From positions 9,246 to 73,245 of the forward strand of contig CAJWRW010000002.1 of NCBI GenBank assembly GCA_913046315.1: DNA of 64,000 nucleotides, written 5' to 3'. The DNA comes from an uncultured Flavobacteriales bacterium. Its GTDB lineage: Bacteria > Bacteroidota > Bacteroidia > Flavobacteriales > BACL11. This document shows, piece by piece, positions 49,017 to 58,910 of this stretch. A program made the translations under genes and the position numbers. Positions within the stretch are counted from its first letter, which is position 1. Every line of letters starts with the position of its first letter. The notes beneath the pieces are model-generated. The model did not search any database. It was not told where the DNA came from and saw only the letters and a program-made list of their open reading frames with translations.

Positions 49017-52000
49017 ATGAATAGAAAGATTATTATAATTTGTTTTAGCCTAATTGTAGGGATGTTTACTGCGGTTAAGACCAATGCACAATGTGATGTG
49101 TTGCTAGACACTGCAAATATTACTCAAGTAACATGTCCAGGGGGGTCAGATGGATTTGCTAATTTAACTCAAACGCCATACATCAATTATTCATGGAACA
49201 ATTTAACTAATGGGCAAAATTATGGTAGTGGACCTGCAATTACATCCCTAAGTACGCTACCTGCCGGATTGTATGTTGTTGTTGGCACACAACCTTTTTC
49301 TGGACAATGCCCTGCTTCAACGGTTTCTGATACATTTGAAATATTAGAACCTATTCTTACTAATAATTTAAACCCTCCGCTTGCTTGTGACATTTCTAAT
49401 TGTAATGTTACCTCAACTATAAATATTAGCCAGCAATTTCCTGGCTATACCTATCAGCTTTCTATGAACGGTGGAGCGGCACAATCCTTACCTGCAGTTA
49501 ATTCTGCGTTATGTGCAGGGAATCAAATATATGTTTTAAATTATACTAATTGCGCCAATAATATTCCTGGATTTACATATATAGGAAGTTATGACACAAG
49601 TTGTTATTATGCCTACAACTCTACAACAAGCTGGACTACAGCAGAATCTTTATGTAATGCAAATGGAGGAAGCCTAGTAGCTATAAACTCACAAACAGAA
49701 TCGGATTCTTTAAATGTATTTTTAAATAATAACACTGGCACAAATCAACACTGGATTAATTTAATTGATGGAAATTCAAATTGGGGGAATGGACAACCTT
49801 TAATTTTTACTAACTATGATGGTTCGTATGTACCAAATGAATATCCTTATATGTTTTTGCAGAATAATGGAAATTGGGATAATTCACCTAACAATGGGAG
49901 TCAATCAAATACAGGTGTTTATCCATTAATGGAAGTTACTCAGATTCAAAATAATTGTTCAGCCGACACCTTCAATATTGCAGGAGGAAACTTAAGCGCA
50001 ACAATCAATTTAACAGATACGATTCAGTGCTTTGGGGAGTATGCTACTATCCAAGTGGTTTCTCAAGGTGGGGGAGGCTGGTACAATTATGATTTAGATT
50101 ATGAAATATTTGGAAATTGGTATCAACTAAGCACACAAAATACATACGATACAGCAACATTTACAACTTTGCCTGCAAATAATTACAGGGTAACAGTAAC
50201 GGATACTGCTGGAGGCTGCACTGCACAAGCATTCATAAATATTAATCAGCCTTTAAACATTATTCCAATGGTGGATATTTCTAAACCTTCTTTGTGTTTT
50301 GGAGATAGTGTAGCAGAAATAAGTATGAGTATTATGGGTGGAATACCACCATTTTCTGTGACGGTAAATGGGGCCCCAAGTATTCCTGTACCTTTTCCTG
50401 CTAATGCAATTACTTTTAGTAACTTACCAGCAGGTGCCTATCAATTTATTATAACGGATGATAATGGTTGTGCAAAAACTAGAAATAGAACGATTATTTC
50501 TCCACCACTTTTGGTACCAAATTCAATTATTCAATCCAACTATAATGGGTATGACATTTCTTGTTTTGGAGGAAATGATGGGGCAATTTTAGCGCAAGTA
50601 AATTCTGGCGGAACACCTGGATATAAATATGCTTTGGATGCTGGACTATATGGGTCCAATCCTTATTTTCAAAATTTAATTTCAGGTACTTATGTGGTTA
50701 ATTATTTAGATACTAATGGATGTGAAGCATCTGATACGCTTACACTACAAGATCCGCCAGATTTAGCAGGAGTCATCTCAGTTACTTCTGCAGTTTCATG
50801 TAATAGTGTTTGTGATGGCCAAATAGCGTTTAATGTAGATCCTAACCTAACAGGAACACCAACATACCAATATTCTTTAGATGGCGGATCTTTTCAGACT
50901 TCAAACACTTTTGGGGGACTTTGTGGAGATATTGATTATAATATCACTGTTCAAGATTTAAATGGATGTACTTATACAGATTCTCTATTTCTTTCACAGC
51001 CTGATTCTTTAGATGTCTATGTGAGTATTCTCAGTAATTACAATGGTTGGGGGGTGAGTTGTTTTGGTGCAACTGATGGCGCGATTTCAGTTGACTCTGT
51101 AAATGGAGGAACGCCACTTTATACTTATTCCATTGATGGTGGCCCATTTGGCTCTTCTACTTTCTTTACAGGATTAGCAGGAGGGTTACATACAATTAAT
51201 GTAAAAGATGCTAGCGGATGTACTCAATTAGTAAACATTACCATTTCTGAACCAGCTGCTTACACAATAAGCCTATCCACTAATGTAAATTATAATGGTT
51301 TTGATGTGGCCTGTAATGGTGATTGCAATGGCAGCATTAATGTTACTTCTACAGGCGGGGTTCCTTCTTATTTATACTCTCTAAATAATGGTGCCTCTCA
51401 AGCTTCTGCCAATTTTAATAACCAATGTGCGAATAATTTACTTAAAGTGGACGCAGTTGACGCGAATGGTTGTCCAGCTCAGGATAGTATTTTACTTGTT
51501 GAACCTCCAGTACTAAGCTTACAAATGGATTCCGTAATGGAAAATTGTGGGGCTGGAGATGGGCAAGCAATTGCTATAGTAGCAGGTGGGGTCAGTCCTT
51601 ATTTCTATCTTTGGACTGATGGACAAACCACAAGTTCCGCTACAAACCTTTCGACAGGAACCTATACAGTTATTGTAACAGACACTAATGGCTGTTCTGT
51701 TACAGATGATGTGTTTGTTCCAGGAACAGATATGATACTATCCTCTTCTACAACAGCTGTTTCTTGTAATGCAGGAAGTGATGGAACTGCAACAGTAAGT
51801 GTAACAGGGTCTTTTGCTAGCCCACTAACATACCAGTGGAATGATCCACTTTTTCAATCTACTCCAACTGCAACAGGATTAGCAGCAGGAAACTATATTG
51901 TTACAGTTACTGATGCTAATGGATGTTCTGAAAGAGATACTGTAAATGTATCTGAACCAACAATCGTTGATTTAGCTTTAGATTCTTCAAATTCGTTATT

Positions 52001-55000
52001 TACTGTTCCTTGTTATGGGGATTCTTTAGGAATTGTTTCTGTTTCGGCAACGGGAGGAACAGGTCCAGGTACTTATTGGTTTTATATTGACGCGGCGAAT
52101 CCACAGAATGATTCTACATTTTATGGATTGCCAGCAGGATCGTATTGGATTTTTGTAAATGATGCAAACGGATGTACAGATAGTATTGATGTGCAAATTA
52201 CTGAGCCTTCAGAAATCACATTTTCACTAAGTGCTAATGATGTGCTTTGTAATGGAGGTGCTTCAGGTACAGCTAAAGTAGCTACAATTTCAGCAGGTAC
52301 ACCACCTTATTCATATGCTTGGAGTAATGGAGCGACTACAGATAGTATTGGTGGCTTGTCTTCAGGCATCTATTGGATTACAGTTTCAGATGTAAATGGA
52401 TGTACTATTTATCCTCCTGATACAGTATTAATTGGTGAACCTACACTTCTTACAACTAATGCGTCTTCTACTAATTCAATGTGTGGAGGAACGGTAGCGA
52501 ATGGTAGCGCAACTGTTCTGGCAAGTGGAGGAACAAATCCTTACACTTATTTTTGGAACACAGGGGCAACAACAGCAAGTATTAATTTATTGGTTTCAGC
52601 AACATATACTGTAATTGTTACAGATGCTAATGGTTGTATGGCTTATGATACAATTGTGGTACAAGCAGGACCTCAACCAATTTTATCGGTTGCAATACAA
52701 AATGTAAGTTGCTTTGGTGCAAATGATGGCATGATAACACCTTCTGCAACAGGAGGAACAACTCCATACCAATTCAGTATTAATGGAGGAAATACTTGGC
52801 AGAATAATGGCATTCAGTACGGACCTTCAGGGCAAGCTTCATATTTTGTTACCGTAAGAGATTCTAATGGTTGTGTCGAGAGCGATTCGGTATTTGTGTT
52901 AGAGCCCGCTCTATTAGTTGTTGATTCATTTACAATAAATCAGGTGAGTTGTTATGGTGGATCTGACGGTTCAATTACAGTAAATCATTCAGGAGGCACG
53001 CCAGGTTTTTCATACAATTGGTCAAACCTACAAACTGCTCAAACTGCTACAGGACTGAGTATAGGCACTTTTTCAGTAATTGTCACTGATACTAATGGTT
53101 GTGTGGACACTTCAACATCAGTTACGATGACTCAGCCAGATAGTTTGTATATTACTTCTATCACTTCTACAGATGTGCTTTGTAATGGTGGTAATGATGG
53201 GACAGCAACAGTTACTGCGTCCGGAGGTGTAACACCTTATAGTTACTTGTGGTCGAATGGCGCATTAACACAAACAGTAAATATGTCTGCAGGAAATTAT
53301 ACTGTAGATGTAACAGACGCTAATGGTTGTATGGTTTCATCAGCTATTACAGTAAATGAGCCCGTAGCATTAAATATAGATTCTTTCGCTATGGATTCTG
53401 TGTTCTGTTTTGGATTTAGTGATGGAAGCGCAACAGCTTATGTTTCAGGAGGAGTTACCCCTTACGTATACTTTTGGGATAATGGAGATAATACGGCTTT
53501 TGCAGATAGCTTAAATGCAGGATATCATTCAGTACTCATCACAGATTTTAACAACTGTACTTATATAGATTCTATTGAAGTTCTTGAGCCTGCTGCTTCT
53601 ATTTCCATAGACTCACTTATAGTAAGCCAGATTACATGTAAAGACGCAAGTAATGGTTCAATAGTTATACTGGCAACAGGAGGCATCTCTTCATATACTT
53701 ATTCTAAAGATGGTGGGAACACTTATCAAACGGCTATTGGTTTTATAGGCTTGTCGCCAAACACATACAATATAGTAGTTAAAGATAATAAAGGATGTAC
53801 AGCATCTACTTTACAAACTATCACTGAACCAGATTCATTACTTATTGACTCAGTAGTTTATCATGATGTAAGCTGTAACAGCTATAATAATGGTTATATT
53901 CAATCTATCAATGTAAGCGGGGGAACACAGCCTTATATGTACTCAGTAAATGGATGGGGACCACATCCTAATTATGTTTATTTTAATGGATATGCGCCAG
54001 GCCTTTATACAGTAGAAGTGATTGATGCAAATAATTGTGTTGTAGCAGATATTATTACAATCGATGAGCCGCAAACTTTGAATACTTCAATTATAACTTC
54101 TAATTATAATGGTTATGAAATCAGATGTAATGGAGACAGTACAGGTTGGATCTCGGTGGCAATAAATGGGGGTGTATCGCCATATCTAAAAACTTGGATT
54201 AATCCCCAAGGTGACACCGTGCAATCATCAGGTTCTATTTTGGTTGATAGCTTAATAGCCGGATTATATAATCTGGTTGTGTTAGATGCAAATAACTGTA
54301 TGAGCTCAGAATTTATTACGCTTGCAGAGCCGACCCCACTTCAACACAATATCGTTACTACTCATGTAACATGTCATAACTGGACAAATGGTAGTATTAC
54401 AGATTCCGTTTTTGGAGGCGTTCCAGGTTACACCTACATGTGGAATACTGGAGACACCACTTATACGATTAATAATTTGCCAATTGGATCTTATTCTATT
54501 ACAGTAACAGATGAGAATAATTGTCAATCTACAGCCGGAACTATTGTAAACGACAATAATAAATTGGTGGCTACAGTAAGCACTATTCAGGATGTAAGCT
54601 GTTATGGTTATTGTGATGGCTATATAGAGGTTACTATTACAGGAGGTATGCCATTTTACAATTCAACAGGAAATCCAATTTACAATAATATTTGGGACGA
54701 TCCGCTTTCGCAAATCAGGCCAACTTCTATAGGTTTGTGTGCTGACGAGATTAGTCTTTCTACTACATATAAAGACAGCATTACAGACGCTATTGGCTGT
54801 CAGGTGGTAGTGAGTGGCACCATCACACAACCGTCAGCAGTTGAGGTTTCAGCAACAATTGCAAATGAGGTTTCTTGTTTCTCAGGAAATGATGGCGTTA
54901 TACAAGCAGCCGCAACTGGAGGGCTACCGTCTTACACTTACTTATGGAACAATCAGCAAAATGGAAATACGATAAGTAATTTGGTAACTGGAAGTTATGT

Positions 55001-56276
55001 AGTTGTTGCAACAGATGCTAATGGATGTATGGATACCACAGAAATCTTCTTAGGAGAGCCAACTAATTTAAGCCTCACTCTTAGTTCAGTAAATGTGAGT
55101 TGCTATGGAGATAATAATGGTTCTATTACAGTAAACCCATCTGGAGGAACGCCAATTTCTCCATCAGGGACGTATACTTATTTGTGGACTGATGGACAAA
55201 CTAATCAAACAGCAACTTCACTTGCTCCTGGCATTTATGAAGTAGTGGTTACGGATGCTAATGGATGTGCAATTACTTCTTCAAATGTACTGATTACGCA
55301 ACCTACAAGCGACCTCATTGTTACTACTGATTCCACTGATGAGACATGTGTTATGGATGATGGAACTGCAATTGCTAATGTCTTTGGAGGAACAACTCCT
55401 TATTCTTATGCTTGGAACAATGGACAAACAAGCCAAACAATAGCCTCTTTATCACCAGGAAACTATATAGTAGATGTTACAGATGCTAATGGATGTATTT
55501 TGTCTGCTTCAACAGTTGTAAATGCTTTTGATGCCATTTTCTTACCAAACTTTACTGCACAATTTACTGATACTATTTGTTTGGGAGATAATGTAACAAT
55601 TAGCGTGGTAGATAATCCGAATTTTACTTATAATTGGAGTTCAGGGCATTTAACGCCTTCCATTACAGTAAGCCCTGACGCCCCAAGAAAGGATTATTTA
55701 CTTACAGTTGTAGATTTGAACAATTGCCCATTATCTTCCTTTAATGTTACGGCAACTGTTTGGACAACTCAATTGCCAAGTAATCCAGTTGCTACTCCAA
55801 ACTCAATTAAATCAGGCGATGAAGTAGAGCTTAACGCAACATCATCTAATAATTATCCTTTCTATTTATGGCTTAATGAAAATGCTAATCTTATTTCTAA
55901 TTCTAAATCTACTTATGTATATCCTGACGTTACCACTACTTATTATATAATGGTTCAAGATGCACAAGGCTGTCAAGGTTATGATTCTGTAAGAGTTGTC
56001 GTTGGGGTTTATGTGTTTGACGGCATTTCTCCCAATGGTGATGGCTATAATGATTTTTGGGAAATAGAAGATATTGACAGATATCCGGATGCTGTGATTC
56101 AAGTATATAATAGATGGGGTTCTTTGCTATTTAGCGCTACAGGAGACAACTATAATAGTAATAAGTGGGATGGAACGCATAATGGTGAAATCCTTCCTGT
56201 AGGGACTTACTACTATATAATTAACTTAAATAATGATTCTGATCCGCAAAGCGGACCAATAACTATTGTTAGATAA
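49017..56276 (+). CDS. giant SprB-repeat cell-surface adhesin with C-type-lectin-like domain and type-B T9SS CTD
   Basis: Signal peptide 'MNRKIIIICFSLIVGMFTAVKTNAQ'. More than 20 modules of pattern C.G..DG...V...GG..PY.Y.W......T...L..G.Y.V.V.D.NGC. C-terminal 'GISPNGDGYNDFWEI...VYNRWG...GTYYY' gliding-motility-associated CTD. Confidence 0.9.
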   Translation: MNRKIIIICFSLIVGMFTAVKTNAQCDVLLDTANITQVTCPGGSDGFANLTQTPYINYSWNNLTNGQNYGSGPAITSLSTLPAGLYVVVGTQPFSGQCPASTVSDTFEILEPILTNNLNPPLACDISNCNVTSTINISQQFPGYTYQLSMNGGAAQSLPAVNSALCAGNQIYVLNYTNCANNIPGFTYIGSYDTSCYYAYNSTTSWTTAESLCNANGGSLVAINSQTESDSLNVFLNNNTGTNQHWINLIDGNSNWGNGQPLIFTNYDGSYVPNEYPYMFLQNNGNWDNSPNNGSQSNTGVYPLMEVTQIQNNCSADTFNIAGGNLSATINLTDTIQCFGEYATIQVVSQGGGGWYNYDLDYEIFGNWYQLSTQNTYDTATFTTLPANNYRVTVTDTAGGCTAQAFININQPLNIIPMVDISKPSLCFGDSVAEISMSIMGGIPPFSVTVNGAPSIPVPFPANAITFSNLPAGAYQFIITDDNGCAKTRNRTIISPPLLVPNSIIQSNYNGYDISCFGGNDGAILAQVNSGGTPGYKYALDAGLYGSNPYFQNLISGTYVVNYLDTNGCEASDTLTLQDPPDLAGVISVTSAVSCNSVCDGQIAFNVDPNLTGTPTYQYSLDGGSFQTSNTFGGLCGDIDYNITVQDLNGCTYTDSLFLSQPDSLDVYVSILSNYNGWGVSCFGATDGAISVDSVNGGTPLYTYSIDGGPFGSSTFFTGLAGGLHTINVKDASGCTQLVNITISEPAAYTISLSTNVNYNGFDVACNGDCNGSINVTSTGGVPSYLYSLNNGASQASANFNNQCANNLLKVDAVDANGCPAQDSILLVEPPVLSLQMDSVMENCGAGDGQAIAIVAGGVSPYFYLWTDGQTTSSATNLSTGTYTVIVTDTNGCSVTDDVFVPGTDMILSSSTTAVSCNAGSDGTATVSVTGSFASPLTYQWNDPLFQSTPTATGLAAGNYIVTVTDANGCSERDTVNVSEPTIVDLALDSSNSLFTVPCYGDSLGIVSVSATGGTGPGTYWFYIDAANPQNDSTFYGLPAGSYWIFVNDANGCTDSIDVQITEPSEITFSLSANDVLCNGGASGTAKVATISAGTPPYSYAWSNGATTDSIGGLSSGIYWITVSDVNGCTIYPPDTVLIGEPTLLTTNASSTNSMCGGTVANGSATVLASGGTNPYTYFWNTGATTASINLLVSATYTVIVTDANGCMAYDTIVVQAGPQPILSVAIQNVSCFGANDGMITPSATGGTTPYQFSINGGNTWQNNGIQYGPSGQASYFVTVRDSNGCVESDSVFVLEPALLVVDSFTINQVSCYGGSDGSITVNHSGGTPGFSYNWSNLQTAQTATGLSIGTFSVIVTDTNGCVDTSTSVTMTQPDSLYITSITSTDVLCNGGNDGTATVTASGGVTPYSYLWSNGALTQTVNMSAGNYTVDVTDANGCMVSSAITVNEPVALNIDSFAMDSVFCFGFSDGSATAYVSGGVTPYVYFWDNGDNTAFADSLNAGYHSVLITDFNNCTYIDSIEVLEPAASISIDSLIVSQITCKDASNGSIVILATGGISSYTYSKDGGNTYQTAIGFIGLSPNTYNIVVKDNKGCTASTLQTITEPDSLLIDSVVYHDVSCNSYNNGYIQSINVSGGTQPYMYSVNGWGPHPNYVYFNGYAPGLYTVEVIDANNCVVADIITIDEPQTLNTSIITSNYNGYEIRCNGDSTGWISVAINGGVSPYLKTWINPQGDTVQSSGSILVDSLIAGLYNLVVLDANNCMSSEFITLAEPTPLQHNIVTTHVTCHNWTNGSITDSVFGGVPGYTYMWNTGDTTYTINNLPIGSYSITVTDENNCQSTAGTIVNDNNKLVATVSTIQDVSCYGYCDGYIEVTITGGMPFYNSTGNPIYNNIWDDPLSQIRPTSIGLCADEISLSTTYKDSITDAIGCQVVVSGTITQPSAVEVSATIANEVSCFSGNDGVIQAAATGGLPSYTYLWNNQQNGNTISNLVTGSYVVVATDANGCMDTTEIFLGEPTNLSLTLSSVNVSCYGDNNGSITVNPSGGTPISPSGTYTYLWTDGQTNQTATSLAPGIYEVVVTDANGCAITSSNVLITQPTSDLIVTTDSTDETCVMDDGTAIANVFGGTTPYSYAWNNGQTSQTIASLSPGNYIVDVTDANGCILSASTVVNAFDAIFLPNFTAQFTDTICLGDNVTISVVDNPNFTYNWSSGHLTPSITVSPDAPRKDYLLTVVDLNNCPLSSFNVTATVWTTQLPSNPVATPNSIKSGDEVELNATSSNNYPFYLWLNENANLISNSKSTYVYPDVTTTYYIMVQDAQGCQGYDSVRVVVGVYVFDGISPNGDGYNDFWEIEDIDRYPDAVIQVYNRWGSLLFSATGDNYNSNKWDGTHNGEILPVGTYYYIINLNNDSDPQSGPITIVR
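49572..49934 (+). other. C-type-lectin-like domain inside the adhesin (aa ~186-306)
   Basis: 'SWTTAESLCNANGGSLVAINSQTESDSLNVFL....HWINLID....W.NGQPLIFTNY' follows the W..A...C...G..L..I.S..E..F......WIGL pattern of CTLDs. The C-terminal Cys pair is not evident. Confidence 0.55.
49960..55470 (+). repeat. array of roughly 22-24 SprB-type coding modules (about 75-80 aa each)
   Basis: Recurrent 'D(A/T)NGC' module ends (about 23 by my manual count) and recurrent 15-nt 'gatgctaatggatgt' strings. These are protein-level repeats, diverged at the DNA level. Confidence 0.8.
56004..56273 (+). other. type-B T9SS C-terminal domain (gliding motility-associated CTD)
   Basis: 'VFDGISPNGDGYNDFWEIEDIDRYPDAVIQVYNRWGSLLF...GTYYYIINL' at the extreme C-terminus. 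Confidence 0.85.
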
Positions 56277-56284
56277 AAAAGATT

Positions 56285-57211
56285 ATGAAGAAAATATCGA
56301 TTCTTATTTTAATTATTGCTACTGGACTGATTGCAAATGCACAACAGCTACCACAGTTCACCCAATATATGATCAATGATTATGTTTTTAATCCTGCAAT
56401 TGCTGGAATTGAAAGCAATTATCAAATGAAATCTAATATTCGCAACCAATGGGTTGGAGTTAATGATGCACCTAGAACCACAGTGCTTAGTATTTATGGA
56501 AAACACAGAGATAGCAATGTGGGTTTAGGAGGAGTTGTATTTAGTGACAGAGTAGGGCCTACAAGTAGAAATGGCATGTCCTTATCTTATGCGTATCATT
56601 TCAATTTAACTCAAGAAATGAAAATGTCCTTGGCTTTGGCTGGAGGATTTACACAATTACAATTAAACCCTAATCACTTATCCTTCAAGCATCCTGAGCC
56701 ACAAGCGCAAGCTGGAACACTTTCTTCTGCAGTCCCTGATGCTACTTTTGCTTTTCATTTATATACCGCTAATTGGTTTTTAGGAGCCTCTATTCCACAA
56801 CTCCTGAATAGTAAGTTAGGTTTTTTTGATGATAATTATTTAGAAACCTATAACTTAAACCCTGATGGTAGTTTAGATAGGCATTATTTTGCAATGGCTG
56901 GGTACAAATGGGCGATAAATTACGATTATGTAGTGGAGCCATCTGTTTTAGTTAAATCGGTTTCTCCTGCACCTACTCAATTGGATTTTGGAGTGAAAGT
57001 AACTTATCAAGATAAATTGTGGTTAGGGACAAATTATAGAAGCGGTAGTGATATAGGATTGTTGTTGGGTTATGCAATTGGGGATAGGTATTTAATTGGT
57101 TATTCCTATGATATGGTAACCTCTGAATTAGGGGATTACACTTCAGGATCTCATGAGTTTATGCTAGGTATCAGATTTGTACCAGTGTCTGAAGCAGAAA
57201 TAATGAAATAA
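56285..57211 (+). CDS. PorP/SprF-family T9SS outer-membrane protein
   Basis: Signal peptide, then the family hallmark 'AQQLPQFTQYMINDYVFNPAIAG'. Beta-barrel-like remainder. Starts 8 nt after the adhesin stop. Confidence 0.9.
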   Translation: MKKISILILIIATGLIANAQQLPQFTQYMINDYVFNPAIAGIESNYQMKSNIRNQWVGVNDAPRTTVLSIYGKHRDSNVGLGGVVFSDRVGPTSRNGMSLSYAYHFNLTQEMKMSLALAGGFTQLQLNPNHLSFKHPEPQAQAGTLSSAVPDATFAFHLYTANWFLGASIPQLLNSKLGFFDDNYLETYNLNPDGSLDRHYFAMAGYKWAINYDYVVEPSVLVKSVSPAPTQLDFGVKVTYQDKLWLGTNYRSGSDIGLLLGYAIGDRYLIGYSYDMVTSELGDYTSGSHEFMLGIRFVPVSEAEIMK

Positions 57212-57235
57212 CATTTTTCTTGTATACATAAAAGT

Positions 57236-57262
57236 AAAAACCCCTGCTCCCAGGGGTTTTTA
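57236..57262 (+). terminator. Rho-independent terminator after the adhesin-PorP/SprF pair
   Basis: Stem cccctg (57241-57246) / cagggg (57251-57256), loop ctcc, followed by TTTTT. Lies 25 nt after the stop. Confidence 0.75.
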
Positions 57263-57521
57263 TTTGTTGTACTGTTTAGTTTAGGAAAGAAATAGTACAA
57301 CCCAAAACAAGTATTACGACTTGGGTGCAATATTAAGCCAAAAATATCTTTTCATAAGTTACTGTAAATCTAATTGTTAACACAAAAATGTTAAGAAAGA
57401 GATAATGTGGAGATAGCCTTATTTATCTGAAATAAAGGGCACTACAAAATAAATTAGTTAGAATTCAGCTTTTGGTGAGTAGTAATTTCTTAAATTCGCA
57501 AACTTAAAAATTAGGAATACA

Positions 57522-58298
57522 ATGGGGATTTTACAAACAGCAGAAAGAAGTTCGCACTTAGACCCTAGTGAAAATGTAATTTTCCAAAGGCATATGATTG
57601 CCTATATGCAAACGGCTAAAATGATTAGTGGTACAGTATTGGAAATAGGTTGTGGTGAAGGTTATGGATTGGTTGAATTAGCCCCAAAAGCAGAAAAATA
57701 TTTGGCAATTGACAAATATCCTACCCCAATTAGTGAAAAATTGAAAAAGGAAAACAATATTACTTTCCAGCAAATGGATGTGCCACCACTAAAGGGAATA
57801 GCAGATAATAGTATAGACTTTGTTGTTACTTTTCAAGTTATAGAGCACATTAATAATGATCAGTTGTTTGTGTCGGAAATTTACAGGGTATTAAAGCCTG
57901 GAGGGAAACTAATTCTTACTACTCCCAACAAACTGATGTCGTTAACAAGAAACCCTTGGCATTATAGAGAATATACTCCAACAGAGATGCTAGAAATTCT
58001 ACAAACCTCATTCAATAACATTGACATTAAAGGTGTGTTTGGGCTAGAAAAAGCAATGGCCTATTACAAAAAAAATAAAAAATCAGTAGCTAAAATTATG
58101 CGATGGGATATTTTTAATTTACAGTATTTATTGCCTAATTTTTTGCTGCAAATTCCTTATGACATTTTTAACAGAATAAACAGGCAAAAACTACAAGACA
58201 ATAATGATGAATTGGTTGACAAAATAACCATTGATGATTTTTGCATCAAACCAATGACAGATAAGTGCTTTGATTATTTCTGTGTTGCTACCAAGTAG
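57522..58298 (+). CDS. class I SAM-dependent methyltransferase
   Basis: Motif I 'VLEIGCGEGYG', post-I 'AIDK', motif III 'LKPGGKLILTTP'. Confidence 0.85.
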   Translation: MGILQTAERSSHLDPSENVIFQRHMIAYMQTAKMISGTVLEIGCGEGYGLVELAPKAEKYLAIDKYPTPISEKLKKENNITFQQMDVPPLKGIADNSIDFVVTFQVIEHINNDQLFVSEIYRVLKPGGKLILTTPNKLMSLTRNPWHYREYTPTEMLEILQTSFNNIDIKGVFGLEKAMAYYKKNKKSVAKIMRWDIFNLQYLLPNFLLQIPYDIFNRINRQKLQDNNDELVDKITIDDFCIKPMTDKCFDYFCVATK

Positions 58299-58905
58299 CA
58301 GAAAAAGTAAATCCTCGTTCTTTTAACTTGACAATCATTTTATCAAGTGCATATTGCAAATTTTCAAACGACTTTTCATTGTCGTGCAGAACGATTATAG
58401 AGCCTTCTTCTACATTGTCAATTACATTATTTAGGCAGTTTTCTGCTGAGGAGTTCTTGTCAAAATCCCAAGCCATTACATCCCACATAATTATTTTGTA
58501 TTGCTGTTTTAACTTTCTTATTTGCCAAGGATAAATTTTACCAAATGGGGGCCGAAATAGCTTTGTACTAGGAATCAGTTTTTGACATTTTTCAATATCT
58601 TTCAAATACCTTTTTTGACAAGTTGTAAAGCCGTTTAGATGTGAATAAGTATGATTGCCAACACTATGTCCATCAGCTTTTATGCGCTTAAAGATTTCAG
58701 GATATTCTTCAATGTTCTTTCCAACACAAAAGAAGGTTGCTTTAACATTATTTTCTTTAAGTAAAGCCAAAATAAATGAGCTTGTTTTTGGATGTGGCCC
58801 ATCATCAAAAGTTAGCCATACTTTTTTTTCAGTAGTAGGGATCTTCCAAACTAATGAAGAAAAAATCTTCTGAAAAACGCTAGGCGTTTTAGCCCAAAAA
58901 AACAT
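58288..58905 (-). CDS. CE4 (NodB-homology) polysaccharide deacetylase
   Basis: 'WLTFDDGPHP' (motif 1), 'GNHTYSH' (motif 2), 'LFRPPFG' (motif 3). Confidence 0.85.
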   Translation of the reverse strand: MFFWAKTPSVFQKIFSSLVWKIPTTEKKVWLTFDDGPHPKTSSFILALLKENNVKATFFCVGKNIEEYPEIFKRIKADGHSVGNHTYSHLNGFTTCQKRYLKDIEKCQKLIPSTKLFRPPFGKIYPWQIRKLKQQYKIIMWDVMAWDFDKNSSAENCLNNVIDNVEEGSIIVLHDNEKSFENLQYALDKMIVKLKERGFTFSATW

Positions 58906-58910
58906 AGTTG

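Noticed and set aside
48842-49111. 89-aa minus-strand ORF in the divergent intergenic region.
   Set aside because: It overlaps the start and signal peptide of the adhesin gene and the promoter region. The translation is low complexity with no support.
49960-55470. Recurrent short DNA strings such as 'gatgctaatggatgt' at regular spacing, which could be mistaken for a CRISPR-like or interspersed repeat array.
   Set aside because: They are in frame within one ORF and encode the conserved 'DANGC' end of SprB modules. The spacing equals the protein module length. There is no repeat-spacer structure.
57266-57301. 8-bp inverted repeat gttgtact ... agtacaac with a 20-nt loop just after the PorP/SprF terminator. 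Also a 6-bp ttaaca/tgttaa repeat near 57375-57392.
   Set aside because: These could be a protein-binding site or a second hairpin. However, such short repeats are expected by chance in a 310-nt AT-rich spacer, and nothing else supports an sRNA or operator.
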